NCBI GenBank assembly: GCA_045540335.1
Contig: JAZQHC010000036.1
Location: 22,092 to 86,091 of the forward strand
Direction of reading: 5' to 3'
Source: Eubacteriales bacterium
Lineage (GTDB): Bacteria > Bacillota > Clostridia > Oscillospirales > CAG-272
Length of the DNA stretch: 64,000 nucleotides
Part shown: one piece after another, positions 57,832 to 64,000 of the stretch
Numbering within the stretch: the first letter of the stretch is position 1
Layout of the letters: every line of letters begins with the position of its first letter
Position numbers and translations under genes: made by a program
Notes under the pieces: generated by a model
Database searches by the model: none
Told to the model about the DNA's origin: nothing
Seen by the model: the letters and a program-made list of their open reading frames with translations, nothing else

Positions 57832-58971
57832 TTATAGCAACGCATCGGGCATCAGGGCGTATGTTTTAAATATTTCAAAGCTGCAGCCCTCGCCCGTTAC
57901 GTCAAATTTACCGTACATATCGTCTTTTTTCGCACCAAGGGCTTTTTCTTCCAGATCGGAAAAGAAATTTTCGTTTATTTCTTTTTCATACGCTTTTTCC
58001 TGAAGGGGGTATTTTTTTATTATGTGAACGCCGTATGCACTTTCCACCCTGCGAACCTCGCCCTCTTTCATTTCAAGGGCGGCTTGAAGAAAATTCGCCT
58101 CGTACGAAGAATCCTTCGTAAGAAAGTACCCGTCTGTATAGTATGTCATTCCCTCGTCTTCGTTATATTCTTCTATAAGCTTTTCAAAATCCTGTGTTTG
58201 CGCCTGCTGATACAACGTATCTGCAAGGGCGTTTTTTTCTGCTTTTTCCGAATCGGTAAGCTTTTCCGTTTTGTAATATCCCGTAGAGGTATCTACGATT
58301 TTTTTACCATCGTCGTCAAGAACGTATTTGTCAACCGTATTTACAAGCACGTGTTTAACGCGTGCGTACGTGGCTTGATAGTACTGCTCTTTTTCTTCCG
58401 AGGTAAGCTTTTCCGCGCCTGATGTACCGTACAGATATTCTTCCACCATTGTTTTTTTCAATTCTATACGGTATATTTCCTCCAAGGCGGATATATTCAG
58501 CTTGTATTTTCCCAAAGCGTTATTCAGGGCAGAACGCGACCCTGCCCCCGTTATATCCTCGGCTATGCATTTATCAACGGCGATATGCAATTCTTCCCTT
58601 GCGTCTTCAGATTCGCCTATGCCGTATTCATCATACAGATGCATACAAACGACAAGCCTTTTCATATAATCGTCGGCACGTTGTTTCGTAAGGTCAAACA
58701 ACGTTTGCCCCTCGGCATCGTTTTGCCAAAAATCCTCTGTATAAGACGATTCTTCAACCATGCCGTATTCGATAAACGAGTTTAAAAACGTGGTTTTGTA
58801 ATACGCCATCCAATAGGAATACTGCTTTTCCGTTATGCCGTATTGCCCGTAAGATAACACGTATTCTTCGGCTTCCGAGCAGCCGCAAAGCAACGTAAAC
58901 AAGCATATTAAAGCAAGCAGTGCGCTTACTGTTTTTTTCACCGTATCAGAACACGTACGTCCAAGATTCAC
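57832..58971 (-). CDS. PrsA/SurA-like lipoprotein (parvulin-type PPIase-like C-terminal region)
   Basis: 379 aa. Lipobox LLCGC. C-terminal FLQAALEMKEGEVRRVESAYGVHIIKKYPL. Paralog of the upstream gene. Confidence 0.65.
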   Translation of the reverse strand: MNLGRTCSDTVKKTVSALLALICLFTLLCGCSEAEEYVLSYGQYGITEKQYSYWMAYYKTTFLNSFIEYGMVEESSYTEDFWQNDAEGQTLFDLTKQRADDYMKRLVVCMHLYDEYGIGESEDAREELHIAVDKCIAEDITGAGSRSALNNALGKYKLNISALEEIYRIELKKTMVEEYLYGTSGAEKLTSEEKEQYYQATYARVKHVLVNTVDKYVLDDDGKKIVDTSTGYYKTEKLTDSEKAEKNALADTLYQQAQTQDFEKLIEEYNEDEGMTYYTDGYFLTKDSSYEANFLQAALEMKEGEVRRVESAYGVHIIKKYPLQEKAYEKEINENFFSDLEEKALGAKKDDMYGKFDVTGEGCSFEIFKTYALMPDALL

Positions 58972-60091
58972 TGTATTCCACCTTATCTATTCTGTATTTG
59001 TCTATTACCTTTTGGTTTACGGATATTTGATCGAAATACCCCATTACCTTTTGTTTGAATTTTTCTTCTTCTATCAGCTCTTCAAAATTCTTAAAATCGC
59101 TTTCGTTTTCCGTATGGTCGTACCCCTCGTCGTCAAGCGGAAGGCGTTGCAAAAGGTGCAATCCGTAGCTTGAACGTATAAGCTGCACTTCGTTTTCAGC
59201 CATTTTCATTACCGTATCGGAAATATCCGAAAAATACGTATCGGACGAAGCCGTCTGTTTATTAAAGTAGTGACCGTAGATATATTTTTCAAACGAAAGC
59301 TCTTCGGTGTATTCTATAATAAGATCGTCGAAATTTTCGCCGTCTTTCGCGCGTTGCAAAAGACCTTGTGCAAGGGTAAACTTTTCATCCCATCTTTCGT
59401 CGGATATTTCTTCGGTTATGGCGTAGCCCTCGCTGTCGAACTTGATCTTTCCGTTTTCGTCATATACAAAATCAACGTCCATTATATAAAGATGCTTGTA
59501 CCTGTAATAATTATCGGTATAGTACGCATTTCTGTCTTCCTTGGTAACTATTTCTTTACCGCTTTCGCCGTAAAGGTAATCCTGCACTGCCTCTGCCTTT
59601 GCATTATTGATAAAGATATCGTACATATCGTTTATATCCAAGCCGAGGGCTTGCATCAGCTCGTCCTTGGCAAACTCCTCTTCCCCGCCTACGCCGAGAA
59701 TCAGCCCGTCAAGAATACTTTGCGCCTCTGCCTGTTTTTCTGCAGAAAGGGTAAGGCGATACTCGTCAAACAGATATTCTGCCACCAGCTTTGATTTTAT
59801 TGCAGTAAGGGAAACGTCCTGCAGATAATCGCTTACCGTTACCCCGTTTGATGATGACGCCCAAAATTCCTCCGTATCGTCCTCGCCAAAGGAATATATC
59901 CAATACGGGCGGTAGCAGGACATATAGTACGCGTATATCTCCTCTTCCATGGTAACGCCGCCTATCTGAAGTGCGTAATCGCCGAAAATCTTTTTTATCT
60001 GCGCGCAAGACGGCAACGCCAAGGCAACGGCGCACAATAAAACTGCGGCAACCGCCTTGCGAAGCGTTGCTGTGAATTTATACTTTCTCAT
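58946..60091 (-). CDS. PrsA/SurA-like lipoprotein paralog
   Basis: 381 aa. Lipobox ALPSC. C-terminal VMKMAENEVQLIRSSYGLHLLQRLPL. 26-nt overlap with the downstream paralog. Confidence 0.65.
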   Translation of the reverse strand: MRKYKFTATLRKAVAAVLLCAVALALPSCAQIKKIFGDYALQIGGVTMEEEIYAYYMSCYRPYWIYSFGEDDTEEFWASSSNGVTVSDYLQDVSLTAIKSKLVAEYLFDEYRLTLSAEKQAEAQSILDGLILGVGGEEEFAKDELMQALGLDINDMYDIFINNAKAEAVQDYLYGESGKEIVTKEDRNAYYTDNYYRYKHLYIMDVDFVYDENGKIKFDSEGYAITEEISDERWDEKFTLAQGLLQRAKDGENFDDLIIEYTEELSFEKYIYGHYFNKQTASSDTYFSDISDTVMKMAENEVQLIRSSYGLHLLQRLPLDDEGYDHTENESDFKNFEELIEEEKFKQKVMGYFDQISVNQKVIDKYRIDKVEYSESWTYVF

Positions 60092-60125
60092 ATTTTTTGC
60101 CTTTCAACAAAATTACACATTATAA

Positions 60126-60289
60126 GTGGTATTATACATCGTAAAGCCGATAATTTCCACCCATACGGTGTTAGATTTTATGTCGATTTTTTAAACTATT
60201 ATAAAATATATACTTTTACCCTGATTTCCGAACACAGTTTTCTTCATATCCGCGGTTGACTTTTTTAAAAATTAGGTGTATAATACCAC
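60126..60289. repeat. 13-bp perfect inverted repeat bounding a 138-bp promoter-bearing segment
   Basis: GTGGTATTATACA (60126-60138) and TGTATAATACCAC (60277-60289). Coordinates were cross-checked by counting from both flanking start codons. Confidence 0.85.
60256..60284 (+). promoter_or_regulatory. sigma-A type promoter toward 60338 ORF
   Basis: TTGACT (60256-60261), 17 nt, TATAAT (60279-60284). The -10 lies inside the right IR arm. Confidence 0.55.
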
Positions 60290-60337
60290 CGTACGCCATG
60301 TAAAAACGCAAGGGGGGGGATATTTATTAAAAATTGG

Positions 60338-61486
60338 TTGTTCGTGCTTAATCCGTTACACCCGTACCGCGACCATAATTCAAATCTGGTTCTGCGCCTG
60401 ATTCCTTATATGGACGTCAATGCAAAGATCTGTACGCTGAACGACTCTTACGAAAACAAAGGTCTTCCCAAAAAAATTGACGGATTTCCCATTTCTTTCG
60501 CAAAAAGGCACAAATGGTTTGAAAAAGCGGCGATGAAATTATTTAAACTGAAATTAGGTGAAAACACTGCGTTGGAATTTGTTTACAGCATAGAACATTC
60601 CTTATCAGCTCCGTTGATATTTTCAAAGCCCGATGTAATCTTTTCTGTATATCACCGTTTTCATCCTTATTTTTCGGCGTCATTGCTAAAACGGAATGCA
60701 CAAAAACTTTTGTTTTTACTTGATCCAACCGATGCCATGCTGGTTCTTGATGAAAGCGCGGATAAAGAATGGAAGTGGCACAAAAAATTACTTAAAAACT
60801 ACGACATTGTTTTCACCACACGCTTTATTAAAGACGCGATGGCAAAAAAAGGGTACGAATTGTATGCCAACCGCGTGGTTGAAGTGTCGTTTCCCATGGT
60901 TACGGGATTTTCAATCAAGCCCCAAAAAGAAAAGTCTGACGATCAAAAAATAACTTTGGCATTTCCGGGCAAGTTATATCCACACCTAAGGTCACCGGAA
61001 TATTTTTTAAAAATAGTCTCAAAGCTGGATAAGCGTTTCAAGGTGATATTTATGGGCTCGGGCTGCAAAGCGGTTATAAACAGCTTCTCTGTAAATACAG
61101 AAGCCGAGATAGTCGTTTTGGGCGCGCAAGAATATAACGTTGCACAACAAGCAATGGCTGATGCGGATATTTTGATAAATATCGGAAACTCTGTTCCTGT
61201 GCATATGCCGTCAAAAACGCTTGAATACATAAATACGGGCAAGCCGTTTGTTAATTTTTACAAATTAGACGATTGCCCAACGCTTTACTACACAAAAAGA
61301 TATCCGCTTTGCTTGAATTTCAGCGAGAAAAACGAAGATATCGATACAGTGGCAAAGGAATTTATTGATTTCTGCGTGCAGTCAAAGGGCAAGCAGCTTT
61401 CACAGGATTGGATATTTGAAAACTTCAAGGAATGTACGCCGCAATATATTGCAAAGCAAATAACCGATGCCTGCGCGGAATTATAA
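60338..61486 (+). CDS. hypothetical protein with GT-B glycosyltransferase-like C-terminal half
   Basis: 382 aa. ADILINIGNSVPVHMPSKTLEYINTGKPFV resembles the GT-B EX7E-region. The TTG start in the track is uncertain (the G8 SD-like tract is 18 nt upstream). Confidence 0.5.
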   Translation: MFVLNPLHPYRDHNSNLVLRLIPYMDVNAKICTLNDSYENKGLPKKIDGFPISFAKRHKWFEKAAMKLFKLKLGENTALEFVYSIEHSLSAPLIFSKPDVIFSVYHRFHPYFSASLLKRNAQKLLFLLDPTDAMLVLDESADKEWKWHKKLLKNYDIVFTTRFIKDAMAKKGYELYANRVVEVSFPMVTGFSIKPQKEKSDDQKITLAFPGKLYPHLRSPEYFLKIVSKLDKRFKVIFMGSGCKAVINSFSVNTEAEIVVLGAQEYNVAQQAMADADILINIGNSVPVHMPSKTLEYINTGKPFVNFYKLDDCPTLYYTKRYPLCLNFSEKNEDIDTVAKEFIDFCVQSKGKQLSQDWIFENFKECTPQYIAKQITDACAEL

Positions 61487-61568
61487 AAACGACAAGCTTA
61501 TATCTTCCAACAGATCCAACTAACACATCGGATATATAATCATTTCAAGTTTAACGAGGTTATCATCA

Positions 61569-62183
61569 ATGGAATACAGAACGAAAGTAATTATAATATC
61601 TTGGGTATTGATAGCACTTTCTTTGATACTTATAGTATTTTGCTTAGGTATGCTGTCGCACCAAAATACGGTTATTCCAAGCAGCAAAGACTCTTACGAC
61701 CGTACGATCGAGCTTTCGAAAACTTCAAGCCCAACGAAGATCATAGTCTATGGCGACGATTGTAAATTCAGAAAAGAGGTATCGTTTACGCAAATATCCT
61801 CAATAACGAAGGAAGCGTTCGAAAACAACAACGGATATGACTGCAAGATCGTCGTTATAAACGACATAAACAACAATGCAGAACTGAATAACGAGGATTT
61901 TGATATTTTAAAGGCGCACGTGCTTGAAGGCGAATACGATCTTTACTATTTCGGCAGCAGATATCTGGCGCGTTTTGCGGAAGCCGGCTTTGTCAGCACA
62001 CCGTTTTCAAATAATGCGGGCGGATTTAAGCTGGCGCACCGTAAAAACTCTTCAGACACAAAAATAACGGAAATAGTGTGGGCGCAAGAAGATAAAACCG
62101 CCTACGAAAAAGACGGCGGATACCTTGGGCAGCTTATATTTACGCATATAAGACACTCATATTACGAAAATGCATCAAATTGA
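61569..62183 (+). CDS. hypothetical signal-anchored protein
   Basis: 204 aa. TM VIIISWVLIALSLILIVFCLGML plus a soluble domain. No family recognised. AT-rich. Confidence 0.5.
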   Translation: MEYRTKVIIISWVLIALSLILIVFCLGMLSHQNTVIPSSKDSYDRTIELSKTSSPTKIIVYGDDCKFRKEVSFTQISSITKEAFENNNGYDCKIVVINDINNNAELNNEDFDILKAHVLEGEYDLYYFGSRYLARFAEAGFVSTPFSNNAGGFKLAHRKNSSDTKITEIVWAQEDKTAYEKDGGYLGQLIFTHIRHSYYENASN

Positions 62184-62207
62184 TTTTAAATAGCATTATT
62201 GTTTTGC

Positions 62208-62240
62208 AACAAACGGCACGTACTGCCGTTTGTTTTTTTA
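62208..62240 (+). terminator. intrinsic terminator
   Basis: Stem CAAACGGCA / TGCCGTTTG followed by T7. Confidence 0.8.
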
Positions 62241-62321
62241 TCGCAAATCCCCCTATGATGCGTTCTACCGTGGCGCGCCCTTGAATATAATGTTTTAACA
62301 CATCAAAAAGGGGATTTTTTT

Positions 62322-63506
62322 ATGAAAAATACGGAAATTGATCTTAAAGGCCTTAAAGTATCCGCGGGATTGAAAAAAATACGCAGCAGGACAAGGCTAT
62401 GCTACGTTGTATATCCGCTTGCATTTTTCTGCCTTGTTTTGGGCGTCATATTTGCACTTGAGGACGGCATCAGAGTGATTGCATCTTCGATTAAAAACGC
62501 AGACGGTACCGAAGATGCAACAAAAGGCACATCGGAATTATTGCTTGAGGAAACGAAGGCAGAAGAAACGGAAATACCAAAAGCTCCGCACCAAGAAATA
62601 CCGTACGTAATGGGTATAGACGACCTTGAACCGCTCGGTCTTTCCGAATACTACTACCTTAACCGAGACGTTTTGCCCGATGATATTTACGGATTTAATT
62701 ACAATTTAGTTCCGCAGGGGCACAAGGCAATAGTGCCGATATCGTTGGCGCGCGAATCCAACGGGGAGGAAATGTATATTAAAAACAAAACCGACTACGA
62801 CATAAACGCAGAAGACTACGTTGATTTTAAACTTCCCGAATACACCGAAACAGACGAATACACCGTATTGATAATCCACACGCACGGAACAGAAGCATAT
62901 ACCCCCGACGGCGTGCTTTCCGACGATCCGAACGACCCGTACTTTACACGCTCGGAGGATAACGAAGAAAATATGGTTTCCGTAGGTGCCGTAATGGCAG
63001 AAATATTTGAAAAAAACGGTATAAAAACGCTTCACCACACCGTTGCCGTTGATACCACGATAGACGATTATTCAAAAGCATATTCCGCATCTGCAAAAAT
63101 AATAAAGGATACTTTAAAAAAGTATCCTTCGATTAAATACGTTTTCGACGTTCACCGCGACGGCGTAATGCTTTCCACCGGCGAAAAGGCAAAAGCCGTT
63201 TGCCGCGTTGACGGAAAGCTTGCCGCCCAGGTAATGACCGTTGTGGGCAGCGACTTTCTCGGCCAAGACCACCCCAACTGGGAAAATAACCTTGCCTTTG
63301 CCGTACTGCTTCAAAACAGACTTGAAGAAGCCTACACCGACATATGCCGCCCCATAACCTTAAAGCAGGGCGCGTTTAACCAACATTTAAGCCCTATGGG
63401 ACTGTTATTGGAAATAGGAACAGACGGCAATACGCTACAGGAGGCAAAATATTCTGCCGAAATACTTGCACGCGAAATTTCCGCATTGATAACAAACGCA
63501 GATTAA
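62322..63506 (+). CDS. spoIIP: stage II sporulation protein P
   Basis: 394 aa. N-terminal TM. VLIIHTHGTEAYTP and FDVHRDG motifs typical of the SpoIIP amidase/endopeptidase family. Confidence 0.85.
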   Translation: MKNTEIDLKGLKVSAGLKKIRSRTRLCYVVYPLAFFCLVLGVIFALEDGIRVIASSIKNADGTEDATKGTSELLLEETKAEETEIPKAPHQEIPYVMGIDDLEPLGLSEYYYLNRDVLPDDIYGFNYNLVPQGHKAIVPISLARESNGEEMYIKNKTDYDINAEDYVDFKLPEYTETDEYTVLIIHTHGTEAYTPDGVLSDDPNDPYFTRSEDNEENMVSVGAVMAEIFEKNGIKTLHHTVAVDTTIDDYSKAYSASAKIIKDTLKKYPSIKYVFDVHRDGVMLSTGEKAKAVCRVDGKLAAQVMTVVGSDFLGQDHPNWENNLAFAVLLQNRLEEAYTDICRPITLKQGAFNQHLSPMGLLLEIGTDGNTLQEAKYSAEILAREISALITNAD

Positions 63507-64000
63507 AGCTGCATACCCTCGCCCATTAAAAACGAATATATAAATCTGTACAAATGCTCGGGATTTTCAAGGAAGGACCTTTCCATTCTTTTGGCTTGAA
63601 AATCAGTTTCGGCATTTACCGTAACGGAGATGACCTGTTTACCGCGTCGAAAAACCGAAAGACGGATATCCACCGTACCGTCTTGCGCGGGGGTCAGCTC
63701 CGTTTTAATTTTCGTTTTGCTTTTTTCAAACGACAAAAGGCGGATAGCGTTGCGTATCCCTCTTTCGCGTATATATCCCGCGATATCACCCTTAAGTGTT
63801 TTGGCTATAAACTCGCCCGCGGGGGTAATTTCGTACATATCGCCTTCTGTCTGACGTACGAAATTTGAAGCCTTAAGTTCTTCAAACTGGTCTATAAAAT
63901 CAAAATTGCTTACAAAATCGTCTTGCACGACGATATCGTTTATTTGTGAATACTTCAACGGATAATCAACGTAAAGCATCAAGGTAAGTATATAAAGGCG
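63503..64000 (-). CDS. DUF4364 family protein (5' end beyond window)
   Basis: The reading frame stays open upstream of the track start to position 64000 (..RLYILTLMLYVDYPLKYSQIND..). PadR-like winged-helix pattern of DUF4364 (from memory). Confidence 0.55.
   Translation of the reverse strand, partial: RLYILTLMLYVDYPLKYSQINDIVVQDDFVSNFDFIDQFEELKASNFVRQTEGDMYEITPAGEFIAKTLKGDIAGYIRERGIRNAIRLLSFEKSKTKIKTELTPAQDGTVDIRLSVFRRGKQVISVTVNAETDFQAKRMERSFLENPEHLYRFIYSFLMGEGMQL

Noticed and set aside
63503-63506. 4-nt overlap of the convergent stop codons of spoIIP and the DUF4364 gene, with no terminator between them.
   Set aside because: This is a real observation but trivial. Convergent stop-codon overlap at TTAA is common in compact genomes and implies nothing specific.
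1-64000. Searched the whole window for mobile elements, prophage remnants, CRISPR-Cas, toxin-antitoxin or known defence-system genes.
   Set aside because: I found no integrase, transposase, recombinase, Cas or restriction-modification genes, and no nuclease-helicase combinations. I also saw no flanking direct repeats or tRNA attachment sites. The only helicase-like protein is Mfd.

Overview
This 64-kb chromosomal stretch reads as a spore-forming Firmicutes (Clostridia-like) genome: two T-box leaders, spoIIP, GGAGG-type ribosome-binding sites and near-consensus sigma-A promoters. I support 59 protein-coding genes (about 80% on the minus strand, many with starts revised from the ORF track), 2 T-box leaders, about a dozen intrinsic terminators and several promoters. 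I saw no rRNA or tRNA genes, no CRISPR array, no transposase, integrase or phage genes, and no recognisable defence genes. By region: 1-4612 is a glycerol-phosphate glycopolymer (teichoic-acid-like) locus. 4657-29705 is mostly housekeeping (htpG, mfd, truB, cysE-cysS, fba, trpB) plus MATE/MarR, an ECF sigma module, two M23 peptidases and a GH36 enzyme. 30275-34359 holds MarR plus a heterodimeric ABC exporter. 34511-38930 holds two more ECF sigma/anti-sigma pairs flanking metA. 38989-55750 is a long terminator-poor minus-strand gene train: T-box-thrS, aroQ-SDR-MFS, and symporter-paaK-iorAB-ACT interleaved with an MBOAT and two DxHW acyltransferases. 55770-64000 holds mgsA, a MinD-like ATPase, an RNHCP protein, two PrsA-like lipoproteins, an AT-rich two-gene islet and spoIIP. 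Most of the window is ordinary. The best candidate for something undescribed is the interleaved aryl-CoA / MBOAT O-acylation block, which is a hypothesis only. Other leads are an unknown gene under Thr T-box control ahead of thrS, a Trp T-box driving an orphan trpB plus an IMPase-HAD fusion, and an inverted-repeat-bounded promoter segment at 60126-60289. All family calls come from reading the translations; no searches were run. Hand-indexed non-coding coordinates may be off by 1-2 nt.
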